Positions 1 through 7,843 of a stretch of 32,000 nucleotides of DNA are shown here, one piece after another. This stretch comes from Oligoflexus sp. (GTDB lineage Bacteria > Bdellovibrionota_B > Oligoflexia > Oligoflexales > Oligoflexaceae). The notes beneath the pieces were generated by a model, which saw nothing but the letters and a program-made list of their open reading frames with translations, had not been told where the DNA came from and did not search any database. Within the stretch, counting starts at the first letter, position 1; each line of letters starts with the position of its first letter. The stretch lies in assembly GCF_035638955.1 (NCBI RefSeq), contig NZ_DASQYZ010000112.1, positions 13,777-45,776 of the forward strand, given 5' to 3'. The position numbers were made by a program, and so were the translations under genes.

Positions 1-1038
1 ACGGAATTCGCCCTGCGGATGATGGGCGATATTCAGGAATATTTCATCAAAGAGCAGGTGCGAAACTTTTATTCCGTCTCCATCTCGGGCTACCATATTG
101 CCGAGGCCGGCGCCAATCCCATCACCCAGCTGGCTTTCACGTTGGCCAATGGCTTTACGTATGTTGAGTACTATCTGTCCCGCGGCATGAATATCGATGA
201 CTTTGCGCCGAACCTGTCGTTCTTCTTTTCCAATGGCACCGATCCTGAGTATGCCGTGATCGGCCGTGTGGCTCGACGCATCTGGGCCAAGGCGATGAAA
301 CACAAATACGGGGGCAATGATCGTTCCCAGAAGCTCAAATATCATATTCAAACCTCGGGACGCAGTCTGCATGCCCAGGAGATCGCCTTCAACGATATCC
401 GGACCACGCTGCAGGCGCTTTACGCGATTTATGATAACTGCAACTCCTTGCACACCAACGCTTACGACGAGGCGATCACGACCCCAACGGAAGAATCCGT
501 GCGAAGGGCCATGGCGATCCAGCTCATTATCAATAAGGAACTCGGGCTTGCCAAAAACGAAAACCCGCTGCAGGGTTCCTTTATCATCGAGGAGCTGACC
601 GACCTGGTGGAAGAGGCGGTGATGGCTGAATTCAGGGCGATTTCCGAGCGTGGCGGGGTGCTTGGTGCCATGGAACGCATGTATCAGCGCTCCAAGATTC
701 AGGATGAATCGCTTTATTATGAATCCTTGAAGCATACCGGCGAGCTGCCCATCATCGGTGTGAATACGTTCCTCGGCAAGGACGGATCGCCGACGGTGAT
801 TCCAGCCGAGGTGATTCGTTCCACTCAGCAGGAAAAGGAATTTGCGATTCGATCCACGCATGACTTCATCAAGCGAAATGCCCGTACCGCGGACGAGGCG
901 TTGACTCGATTGAAGCAGTCGGCACTGGACGGCAAGAATATTTTCGAGTGTCTGATGGATGTGGGTCGCATGTGTACGTTAGGACAGATTTCCCAAGCGC
1001 TCTATGAAGTGGGTGGTCAGTACCGACGGAACATGTGA
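1..1038 (+). CDS. B12-dependent acyl-CoA mutase family, substrate-binding barrel. This is the 3' part of a gene cut by the window edge and looks isobutyryl-CoA mutase (IcmA/IcmF)-like.
   Basis: Frame 1 is open from base 1 (ORF track 19..1038). The motifs [39 protein letters not shown] and [18 protein letters not shown] are typical of methylmalonyl/isobutyryl-CoA mutases. The C-terminus ...[11 protein letters not shown] is one I associate with Icm-type enzymes. Confidence 0.8.
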   Translation, partial: TEFALRMMGDIQEYFIKEQVRNFYSVSISGYHIAEAGANPITQLAFTLANGFTYVEYYLSRGMNIDDFAPNLSFFFSNGTDPEYAVIGRVARRIWAKAMKHKYGGNDRSQKLKYHIQTSGRSLHAQEIAFNDIRTTLQALYAIYDNCNSLHTNAYDEAITTPTEESVRRAMAIQLIINKELGLAKNENPLQGSFIIEELTDLVEEAVMAEFRAISERGGVLGAMERMYQRSKIQDESLYYESLKHTGELPIIGVNTFLGKDGSPTVIPAEVIRSTQQEKEFAIRSTHDFIKRNARTADEALTRLKQSALDGKNIFECLMDVGRMCTLGQISQALYEVGGQYRRNM

Positions 1039-1108
1039 GCGGAATTCATAAATTGGTCATATCAGCAAAAATGCCCTTAAAATAAAGCCGTATCAGAGCC
1101 TTCGATGT

Positions 1109-1142
1109 GAGCTGTACATCATGTACAGCTCCGACTTTTTTT
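1109..1142 (+). terminator. Rho-independent terminator after the mutase gene
   Basis: A perfect inverted repeat GAGCTGTACAT-C-ATGTACAGCTC lies at 1109..1131. A T7 run follows at 1136..1142. Confidence 0.7.
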
Positions 1143-1223
1143 CTACGCTTGTTGCCCCCCACGAAAACCGGTACCGTATTTCCTAGACATCATAACAGTA
1201 TGTATCGATTGAAGGGAGGTCCC

Positions 1224-2126
1224 ATGCGTGAACCTGGTTCTCATGTTATCACCTTTGCCAATATTAAGGGTGGCGTCGGTAAGACGACCTCGGTAACCAA
1301 CATTGCATTTTTGCTTGGTACCGTCCTTGGCAAACGCGTTCTGGTGATTGATTCCGATGATCAAGGCAATGCCACCAAGGCTTTGGGTGTCCGCGATCTG
1401 TTTGATCGCAACCAGGAAACGCTCTGGCATGCGCTCCGTAACAAGCTGTCCTATGATCAGGTGATGGTCGAGAGCCCCTATAAGAATATTTGGGTCATAC
1501 CTTCCACCAAGGACCTGAAAGCGGCGCAGACAGAATTTGGTCGTTCGGCCCGTGGTTTGAAACTCTTCAAGCATCTTCTCAAAGGGGTGGACAAAAATTT
1601 TGATTTTGTCCTGATCGATACCAAGCCTCAGATCAACGTCCTTTTGCAGGCGGCCCTGGCGGCTTCCAACTGGTATTTGATCCCAAGTTTCCCTGAGCCG
1701 GATAGTTATGATGGCTTTTTGGATCTGGTTGCCGAGTGCGAAGAGATTCATGAAGAGGAGAATCCCCAGCTGCATTGCCTCGGCGTGATGCTGAGCTGCG
1801 TGAAGAAAATCCCGGCCCATGATTCTTATGTCCGCTTTATCAGCAAGCACTTGAAAAGCGCCAGGGTCAACCTTTTGAAACCTGCCATCCGGGTGTCCAA
1901 TGCTGTGGCAACGGGTAACCTGCAGAGCTGTCCAGCCGCCGCCTTGCCCAGCGCCCGTTCAGTCAAGGATGATTACCTGAAACTCACCAAGGTCCTGCAA
2001 AAGCAGGTGGCTGCGAAAAAAATCGAACGCCCTGATCTGGAACGCCTGGGTGTCATCCGGGAGAAGGTCCGGGATGAAAGTGAGTGGCAGCTGGCCGATG
2101 GTCATGAAGAAATCAATCTGCTCTAA
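1224..2126 (+). CDS. parA: ParA/Soj-family partition ATPase
   Basis: A deviant Walker A motif is present (ITFANIKGGVGKTTSVTNIA), followed by VLVIDSDDQGNATKALG and DFVLIDTKPQ. I chose the ATG at 1224, which is preceded by GAAGGGAGG, over the GTG at 1107 that lies inside the upstream terminator. Confidence 0.88.
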   Translation: MREPGSHVITFANIKGGVGKTTSVTNIAFLLGTVLGKRVLVIDSDDQGNATKALGVRDLFDRNQETLWHALRNKLSYDQVMVESPYKNIWVIPSTKDLKAAQTEFGRSARGLKLFKHLLKGVDKNFDFVLIDTKPQINVLLQAALAASNWYLIPSFPEPDSYDGFLDLVAECEEIHEEENPQLHCLGVMLSCVKKIPAHDSYVRFISKHLKSARVNLLKPAIRVSNAVATGNLQSCPAAALPSARSVKDDYLKLTKVLQKQVAAKKIERPDLERLGVIREKVRDESEWQLADGHEEINLL

Positions 2127-2137
2127 GCGAGGTCCCC

Positions 2138-3268
2138 ATGGCATCCATGCGTGAAACGGCCAAAAAGAATCTTGATAAGATGGTCAAGGGCGCGGCGCGT
2201 GAAGTGAACACCTCACGGACCGGCGCTTCGTCTGCGGGTCCAGCCAAGCCAGCTCCGGCAGCGCCTCCAGCAGCAGCCGCTGCTGCTGCTGCTGCGGCAG
2301 CAGCGGCTGCATCAGCAGAAACGGCGACCGCAACTGCAGCTCCAGCCCCAGCTCGGGAACCGACCCGGACAGCGCCTGCTCCCAGCTCGGTTTTTGAACA
2401 GCTGCAGGCGCAGATCGAAAAAAACGGCAAGACCATTCAAAAGGTCCCGGTCGACAGCATCAAGCTGCACGAGAATATTCGTGAAGCCTATAATCAGGAT
2501 CATCTGAAGATGCTCGCGGAATCCATTCAGAAGGATGGTCTGATTCAATTTCCCACCCTCTGTTTGAAAACCGGAGCGAATGGCGAATATTCGTTTGTTT
2601 GCAAAAACGGTCATCGCCGCATCCTGGCCGCGAAGATGCTGGGCTGGAAAACCATTGAATGCGTGATTCTGCCTTTTGCCTCGACGCGTGATGAGCTTTA
2701 TCACACGATCGCAGCCAACCTGCGTGAAGATGTTTTTTATCTGGATCTGGCGCAGGCTTATCAGCAGGCGAATCATCTGGGTGAGAGTGATCAAGCCATT
2801 GCCGAACGCGTGGGCGTCAATCCCCGCACCGTGGGTTGGTATCGGCGTCTGACCAGCATGGCTCCCGAATGCCAGGCTCTTTGTCGGCAAAATCCCGATA
2901 TTTTCCATGCAACCTGGGCCATTCAGATGGCGCGTAAGGGAGAATTGCCTCCCCTTGCGGTTTTGATGAAGCAGATGCAGTTTATGCTCGCTCGTCATCA
3001 GGCTCTCAAAGAAAATCAGGATGAAACCCCTCAGCCGGATCGTTTACCGAAAACGATCGATGTGGAACAGCAGAAAAAAGCCAGGGATGGGCTGAAGGCT
3101 GTGTTCTCAGGCGCGCGTGGTCCATCCGAGGCCCAGCAGGCTTGGCAACTTGTGGAGCAGCTCTGCGTTGCTGGCTACTTTAAACCAGCATTGCTCAATC
3201 GCATGCGGCGCCAGCTGCTGCCTGGCTCGCAAAAAGCCGCCCGTCGTCCCTCGACCGCCGAATCGTAA
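2138..3268 (+). CDS. parB: ParB/Srx-domain partition protein with an Ala/Pro-rich N-terminal extension
   Basis: The ParB N-domain motifs VPVDSIKLHENIR, LAESIQKDGLIQFP and the NGHRRILAAKMLGW box are present. An HTH-like segment follows (SDQAIAERVGVNPRTVGWY). The start lies 11 nt after the parA stop. Confidence 0.85.
   Translation: MASMRETAKKNLDKMVKGAAREVNTSRTGASSAGPAKPAPAAPPAAAAAAAAAAAAAASAETATATAAPAPAREPTRTAPAPSSVFEQLQAQIEKNGKTIQKVPVDSIKLHENIREAYNQDHLKMLAESIQKDGLIQFPTLCLKTGANGEYSFVCKNGHRRILAAKMLGWKTIECVILPFASTRDELYHTIAANLREDVFYLDLAQAYQQANHLGESDQAIAERVGVNPRTVGWYRRLTSMAPECQALCRQNPDIFHATWAIQMARKGELPPLAVLMKQMQFMLARHQALKENQDETPQPDRLPKTIDVEQQKKARDGLKAVFSGARGPSEAQQAWQLVEQLCVAGYFKPALLNRMRRQLLPGSQKAARRPSTAES
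2258..2320 (+). repeat. Imperfect (GCN)n trinucleotide tract encoding poly-Ala inside parB
   Basis: The tract reads gca gcg cct cca gca gca gcc gct gct gct gct gct gcg gca gca gcg gct gca tca gca and encodes AAPPAAAAAAAAAAAAAASA. Its mirror image creates the spurious minus-strand ORF 2113..2436. Confidence 0.9.
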
Positions 3269-3273
3269 TCACC

Positions 3274-3302
3274 TTGTTTCAGCGCTGAATTATTCCTATG
3301 AT
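3274..3302 (+). promoter_or_regulatory. Candidate sigma-70 promoter for mutM
   Basis: The pattern is TTGTTT (3274..3279), N17, TATGAT (3297..3302). The predicted start falls inside the 5' arm of the parB terminator hairpin. Confidence 0.4.
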
Positions 3303-3303
3303 C

Positions 3304-3355
3304 CTCCCTTCGCACCATCCCAGACCGGGATGGTGGTGCAAGGGAGCGTTTTTTT
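3304..3355 (+). terminator. Rho-independent terminator after parB
   Basis: A long imperfect hairpin pairs CTCCCTTCGCACCATCCC with GGGATGGTGGTGCAAGGGAG (3304..3346). It is followed by CG and a T7 run (3349..3355) that abuts the mutM ATG. Confidence 0.75.
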
Positions 3356-4189
3356 ATGCCTGAATTGCCAGAAGTGGAATGTTTGACCCGTGCTGTGCGA
3401 TCAGTCATCCTGGGCAAAAAACTTGATGACATGGTCTTTCATCGACCTGATCTCCGGTGGCCGATTCCCATGCAGGATCTGAGGGAATTGATTGCGGGAA
3501 AAACCATACTCTCCGTGGAACGCCGTTCCAAATATCTTTTGATCGAAACGGAAAGCGGCTATGCCATCATCCATTTGGGAATGACCGGCAATATGCTGTT
3601 CAGTGCGGAATCCATTGGGTCATGGAACCACACCCACGCGAGTTTTCGCGTGATCGATGATTCCGGAACACTGGGCTATCTGCATTATGTGGATCCCAGA
3701 CGATTCGGCTGTATTCTCTGCAGCTCGCGCGATGCCCTGCTGCAGCATCCTCTGTTGAAAGATTTAGGACCGGAACCTTTGGCCACAGAGGCGCTGGATG
3801 AGATCCTGTTTGAACGCAGTCGCGGCAAAACCGTGGCTGTGAAGAACTTTCTTATGGACGCACACAATGTCGTAGGCGTCGGCAACATCTATGCAAATGA
3901 AAGTCTGTTTTTAGCTGGGGTGAAACCTTCACGAAAAGCATCATCGGTGAAACGGGATGAATGGAAAAAAATCAGTGATGCGATCCAATCGGTGCTTCAT
4001 GCAGCAATACAAGCTGGCGGAACAAGCTTCCGCGACTATAAACATGTCGACGGAGAACCGGGTTATTTTGAACTCTCACTGAGTGTTTATGGCCGTGGTG
4101 GTGATCCTTGTTTGCGGTGCAAAACAGAGATAAGCAGCAGCAAAATTGGGGGTCGTGCGACATACTTTTGCCGCCGTTGCCAACGCTGA
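3356..4189 (+). CDS. mutM: Formamidopyrimidine-DNA glycosylase
   Basis: The N-terminus is the catalytic MPELPEVE. The H2TH region (NVVGVGNIYANESLF) and a C-terminal zinc finger (CLRC...FCRRCQ) are both present. Confidence 0.95.
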   Translation: MPELPEVECLTRAVRSVILGKKLDDMVFHRPDLRWPIPMQDLRELIAGKTILSVERRSKYLLIETESGYAIIHLGMTGNMLFSAESIGSWNHTHASFRVIDDSGTLGYLHYVDPRRFGCILCSSRDALLQHPLLKDLGPEPLATEALDEILFERSRGKTVAVKNFLMDAHNVVGVGNIYANESLFLAGVKPSRKASSVKRDEWKKISDAIQSVLHAAIQAGGTSFRDYKHVDGEPGYFELSLSVYGRGGDPCLRCKTEISSSKIGGRATYFCRRCQR

Positions 4190-4341
4190 AAAGCCCGTCC
4201 CGCATACGCTGAGCCACAAAACAGTCGGAATTGACATATCTGAAAAGGCTGGGTTCCTGTGTGATTTCAGCGGGTTACACAGCCTTCCCGGCACCGCGCA
4301 AAAAAATTTGAAGAGAAGCACAAAAAACCTCACTAAATATG

Positions 4342-4369
4342 TTGACATTGTCTCTCAAACTGCTAATTT
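4342..4369 (+). promoter_or_regulatory. Candidate sigma-70 promoter in the mutM / fis-like intergenic region
   Basis: The pattern is TTGACA (4342..4347), N16, TAATTT (4364..4369). It lies about 300 nt upstream of the next start codon. Confidence 0.4.
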
Positions 4370-4492
4370 GTCGCAGCTAAGGCATTGAGTTCACGTCAAG
4401 CCACCACGGAAGATCCGCAGGAGTCCTGCAAAAAGCCCTTCCGAGTTGAAACTGATGTGTTGATCGTATACGAGAGATGCCAAAGTTTGCTT

Positions 4493-4508
4493 GTGAACTG
4501 GAGTTCAC
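4493..4508. promoter_or_regulatory. 16-bp palindrome, a possible protein-binding site
   Basis: The sequence is GTGAACT-GG-AGTTCAC. The half-site GAGTTCACG also occurs at 4387..4395. Confidence 0.3.
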
Positions 4509-4675
4509 GGCAGGTAAGACAGGACAGAGCTGCAGGATGCGGCCGCCATCGGTCCCTGGATGGGGAAGAGATGTTGAAAGAATGGATGTCTTGGGTCCTG
4601 TGTGAGCGATGGGGTACCAAAGTTTCTTGCGGATGTGAGGAACGGGATAAATAGCCAAATCGGAGGAAATCAGCT

Positions 4676-4960
4676 ATGATGACACCGGAAAACACGAATG
4701 ATGCTGCACTCAACTTCGACACATCTTCTGTCACTTTTCCCCCCGGAACCAAACTGCGCGAAATCGAGCGCATTGTGATTCTGGAAACTCTGAGACAGAA
4801 AAACTTCAACCGTACGCATACCGCCCGTGCCTTGGGAATCGGTATCCGCACGCTGCAACGCAAACTGAAGCGTTACGGCGCGTCTGACTGGGGTCTCAAG
4901 ACCAAAGTTGGCGGTGAAGACATGGTGGAAGGCGGAGAAAGCCCTTCATTCACCAACTAA
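4676..4960 (+). CDS. Small Fis-family (HTH_8) DNA-binding protein
   Basis: The C-terminus REIERIVILETLRQKNFNRTHTARALGIGIRTLQRKLKRYG is a typical Fis-type HTH. A GGAGGA Shine-Dalgarno sequence lies at 4662..4667. Confidence 0.8.
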   Translation: MMTPENTNDAALNFDTSSVTFPPGTKLREIERIVILETLRQKNFNRTHTARALGIGIRTLQRKLKRYGASDWGLKTKVGGEDMVEGGESPSFTN

Positions 4961-4980
4961 GTTCCAGCCTCGTGCTGAAC

Positions 4981-5010
4981 AAGAGCCCTGCAGAAGTGCG
5001 GGGCTCTTTT
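4981..5010 (+). terminator. Rho-independent terminator after the fis-like gene
   Basis: AAGAGCCC pairs with GGGCTCTT and runs into a T tract. Confidence 0.65.
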
Positions 5011-5056
5011 ACTTAGGCCTGGTCCAGTCCTGTCGAGCATTTTGGATTCAAAATGG

Positions 5057-5085
5057 TTGACAGCAAAAAGGCGAACCCTTATAAA
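5057..5085 (+). promoter_or_regulatory. Sigma-70 promoter for the tRNA gene
   Basis: The pattern is TTGACA (5057..5062), N17, TATAAA (5080..5085). The -10 element ends 12 nt before the tRNA 5' end. Confidence 0.6.
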
Positions 5086-5097
5086 GTGTCTTCCGAT

Positions 5098-5174
5098 GGG
5101 GATGTAGCTCAGGTGGTTAGAGCACACGCCTGATAAGCGTGAGGTCGGAAGTTCGAGTCTTCTCATCCCCACCA
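5098..5174 (+). tRNA. tRNA-Ile (anticodon GAU), CCA encoded
   Basis: The acceptor stem pairs GGGGATG with CATCCCC. The D-arm is TAGCTCAGGTGGTTAGAGC, the anticodon loop is CT-GAT-AA, and the T-arm is GGAAGTTCGAGTCTTCT. The sequence is very similar to canonical bacterial tRNA-Ile(GAU). Confidence 0.95.
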
Positions 5175-5183
5175 TCAAAAAAA

Positions 5184-5217
5184 CCCGGTTGACGAGAAAT
5201 CGCAGCCGGGTTTTTTG
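5184..5217 (+). terminator. Rho-independent terminator after the tRNA
   Basis: CCCGGTTG pairs with CAGCCGGG (one G-U pair). A T6 run follows. Confidence 0.7.
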
Positions 5218-5298
5218 CGTTCGATAACCGCAGCCCAAGGACATTCCCTCTCCATGATGTCATTTCCGTTCCCGGCGAATTCCGTCTAAAAGCAGGAA

Positions 5299-5640
5299 AT
5301 GAGAACTTATTACGTCTACATTCTGAGTGATCGATACCGAAGTCTTCTCTATACCGGCGTCACGAATAATCTGGAACGTCGTCTGTTCGAGCATCGATCC
5401 CAACATAACCCGAACAGCTATACGGCACGCTATGACATCACTTATCTCGTTTATTTCGAAACGCATGGGTTGGCCGCCTACGCTGCGATCCGGGAAAAGG
5501 AGATCAAGCGCATGTCGCGTTTCGAGCGCGAGCAGCTTATCCGACAGTTCGAGGCTGAGGAAAAAAACTGCCCGCCCCATTTGAAAAATCCCTATGCACC
5601 ACCGGGTCGACTGCGCATTCGTCCTCAGCCGCCCTGGTAG
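5299..5640 (+). CDS. GIY-YIG nuclease-family small protein
   Basis: The N-terminus YYVYILSDRYRSLLYTGVTNNLERRLFEH carries the GIY-YIG signature. Confidence 0.85.
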   Translation: MRTYYVYILSDRYRSLLYTGVTNNLERRLFEHRSQHNPNSYTARYDITYLVYFETHGLAAYAAIREKEIKRMSRFEREQLIRQFEAEEKNCPPHLKNPYAPPGRLRIRPQPPW

Positions 5641-5650
5641 AAAAGGTCCG

Positions 5651-6259
5651 ATGTTCATGATGGAGCTTGTACAGACTCTGCAAAGCCTGGCTCAAACCGG
5701 TCTCGCTTATACCAAGGATCCTTTTGACCGTCAGCGATTTGACGCTATTCTGGGCCTTGCCGTGAAGCTCCTGCAGCAGAAAACAGGCCTTGCACAGGAC
5801 CAGGCTGAGGCTTTGATCCTGGAGGATCGCGGCTATCGCACACCGAAGGTCGATGTGCGCGGCGGCATCTTTCACAAAGATCGTATTCTGTTGGTTCGGG
5901 AAAGGTCGGATGGACTCTGGTGCCTGCCAGGGGGGTGGGCAGATATCAACGAGACACCAAGGCAGGCTGTGGAACGAGAACTCTTCGAAGAAACAGGATT
6001 GAAAACCCAGGCCCTGAAGCTCGCCGCTGTCCATGACACCAACTGCCGCGGACCGAAACAGTTTTATCATTCCTACAAACTGCTGTTCGTCTGTCACGCT
6101 CAGGAAGGACAACCCCATCCCACGGCCGAGACCAGCGCTGCTGATTTTTTCCCCCGGGATGCGTTGCCGCCGCTCTCCGCAAAGAGAACCACGATCGAGC
6201 AGATCGATCTTCTCTTCCATCACTGGTTAAATCCTGAGCGACCCACCGACTTTGATTAA
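5651..6259 (+). CDS. NUDIX hydrolase with an N-terminal helical extension
   Basis: The Nudix box GGWADINETPRQAVERELFEETG is present. I chose the ATG at 5651, just after the GIY-YIG stop, over the overlapping start at 5594. Confidence 0.88.
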   Translation: MFMMELVQTLQSLAQTGLAYTKDPFDRQRFDAILGLAVKLLQQKTGLAQDQAEALILEDRGYRTPKVDVRGGIFHKDRILLVRERSDGLWCLPGGWADINETPRQAVERELFEETGLKTQALKLAAVHDTNCRGPKQFYHSYKLLFVCHAQEGQPHPTAETSAADFFPRDALPPLSAKRTTIEQIDLLFHHWLNPERPTDFD

Positions 6260-6428
6260 GGGTAACCCCCAAGCCGCCCTTTCGATTCCTTACGTTGATC
6301 AACCAACGGCGATCACTCTGCGTTCTTAATTTCATTTCGGCAAGGGCGTGCTTCGCATTTAAAAAGTTTCCCGGTAAGATGATCCCCTTCATGAACCAGC
6401 ATCGACTCTCATTATGGAGGGAGACACC

Positions 6429-6926
6429 ATGTGCCCACAATTTTCCGGATCCCCTTATGGAGCGAGCAGCGAGGAAGCTCAGATTGAAAAACTTTATCTG
6501 AGTGTGATTGAAGGTTGGAATCAACACGATTCCAAAAAGATGGCCGCGCCCTTCGAGACGGATGGTTTGATCATTGGCTTTGATGGAACTCATCATTGCG
6601 GCGCCAGGGCTATTGAGGATTCCGTGGGTCAGATCTTTCGCGATCATGCTCCACCGCCTTTTTTGGCCAAGATCAAAGGCATTCGTTTCCTGACCCCCGA
6701 CGTGGCTCAGCTGGAAGCCATCGTAGGTATGATCCCGCCCCAAAAAACCGAGATGGATCCCAAGCTGAATGCGTATCAGATTATGACCGCGGTACGCCGT
6801 TCCAAGCAGTGGATGGTGGCCCATTTCCAAAACACTCCGGCTCAATTGCATGGACGACCGGAAGCTATTGAATTGATGACTCAGGAAATTTTGCGCCATA
6901 ACTCAAATAATAACAGACAGTTATAG
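6429..6926 (+). CDS. SgcJ/EcaC-type NTF2-like (SnoaL/DUF4440-like) protein
   Basis: The motifs IEKLYLSVIEGWNQHD and QWMVAHFQNTP follow the pattern of this family. The ATG at 6429 is preceded by GGAGGGAG, whereas the ATG at 6414 has no Shine-Dalgarno sequence. Confidence 0.7.
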   Translation: MCPQFSGSPYGASSEEAQIEKLYLSVIEGWNQHDSKKMAAPFETDGLIIGFDGTHHCGARAIEDSVGQIFRDHAPPPFLAKIKGIRFLTPDVAQLEAIVGMIPPQKTEMDPKLNAYQIMTAVRRSKQWMVAHFQNTPAQLHGRPEAIELMTQEILRHNSNNNRQL

Positions 6927-6967
6927 TAAAATTTCCGGCCATTTATGTTACGGTGGCAACTTTCCGA

Positions 6968-7003
6968 TTAGAATTAGAAAATGTTTCTAGTAATGTTTTC
7001 TAG
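6968..7003 (+). promoter_or_regulatory. Candidate promoter plus TetR-type operator upstream of the SDR-TetR-PTH2 genes
   Basis: The promoter candidate is TTAGAA-N17-TAATGT. It is overlapped by the palindrome TAGAAA-ATG-TTTCTA (6975..6989). The tandem direct repeats AATGTTTCTAG / AATGTTTTCTAG lie at 6980..7003. Confidence 0.45.
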
Positions 7004-7018
7004 TTTTAGGAGGCTGTC

Positions 7019-7840
7019 ATGACCAGGCATATTTTGATCACTGGAGCCAACCGCGGGATAGGTGCTGCAATGACCCGAGCCCTCGCCGCGTTGGATTGTC
7101 AATTAACGCTGCTTTGCCGCGATTGTGAGGCTGCTGAGGCATTGATACGATCTCTGCCGTCCAGGCAGGGGATCCGCGTCCTGAAGGGTGATTTTGGCAC
7201 TCTGGCGGGCATCCACGCCGCAACCCAGGTCATGGCTGCGTTACCGCCTCTTCAAGGTTTCCTACATAATGCTGCGCTCTGGCCCCAGCAGAAAATGATC
7301 AATCCTGATGGTCTGGAACAGGCTTTCGTCATCAATCACCTCGCACCCTTTCTCATCAATCTCGAATTGGAAGGTCGTTTCAAACGGGACGGCACGCGTG
7401 TGGTGCAGATGACAGCAGGTCTTTATCCGATTGGTGATCGTCACTACACGGCGACGGCAATCGGCGATAATTTTAGTGCGTTCAAGACCTATGCCTCGAC
7501 AAAGCTTTTGAACCTTGCTACGACGATGTCCTTTGCCGAACGCTGGCAAGGAAGTGGTGCCACGATCAATGCTGTACATCCCGGTGTCGTCCGAACCGAA
7601 CTCGGGGCCATGACCGGTCTGAAAGGTGTGCTTTTGAATTGGGTCAAACGTCTTTGGTTGACGCCTGAGCAGGGGGCTGAGGCTCCCGTTTATTTGTGTT
7701 CGGACCCTGCGCTGCAAGGAGTCAGTGGGCGTTTTTATGATCGCTTCAAGGAAACGACGCTTGCACCCTTTATGCAGGACGCATCGTTCCGTGCAGCGGT
7801 CTGGCAGCAGGCGCTGCAGCTTACGAAAAAAGCGGGATGA
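7019..7840 (+). CDS. Short-chain dehydrogenase/reductase (SDR) family oxidoreductase
   Basis: The cofactor motif ILITGANRGIGAAM is present. YASTK matches the YxxxK catalytic motif, and HPGVVRTEL is also present. Confidence 0.88.
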   Translation: MTRHILITGANRGIGAAMTRALAALDCQLTLLCRDCEAAEALIRSLPSRQGIRVLKGDFGTLAGIHAATQVMAALPPLQGFLHNAALWPQQKMINPDGLEQAFVINHLAPFLINLELEGRFKRDGTRVVQMTAGLYPIGDRHYTATAIGDNFSAFKTYASTKLLNLATTMSFAERWQGSGATINAVHPGVVRTELGAMTGLKGVLLNWVKRLWLTPEQGAEAPVYLCSDPALQGVSGRFYDRFKETTLAPFMQDASFRAAVWQQALQLTKKAG

Positions 7841-7843
7841 CCC

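Noticed and set aside
1143-2998. Minus-strand ORFs 1143..1850, 2113..2436 and 2312..2998
   Set aside because: They are antisense shadows of parA and parB. The poly-Ala ORF at 2113..2436 is simply the reverse complement of the (GCN)n tract.
4385-4654. 89-aa ORF in the long intergenic region
   Set aside because: It has a TTG start with no properly spaced Shine-Dalgarno sequence. It is rich in codons that are rare elsewhere in the window (AGA, AGT, GTA, TCA) and has no recognisable domain. I treat the region as non-coding, although a small protein is not excluded.
4370-4660. Possibility that the region is RNase P RNA, SRP (4.5S) RNA, tmRNA or 6S RNA
   Set aside because: I could not find the defining motifs. 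There is no GGAAAGTCCGGGC-type P4 element, no SRP GGAA tetraloop context, and no tRNA-like acceptor end with a tag ORF. A covariance-model scan is still needed.
5946-6899. 317-aa minus-strand ORF, one of the longest in the track
   Set aside because: It runs antisense to the well-supported NUDIX and NTF2-like genes and straight through their intergenic spacer. It has no recognisable domain or Shine-Dalgarno sequence, and its Arg/Ser/Gly-rich composition is typical of a shadow ORF.
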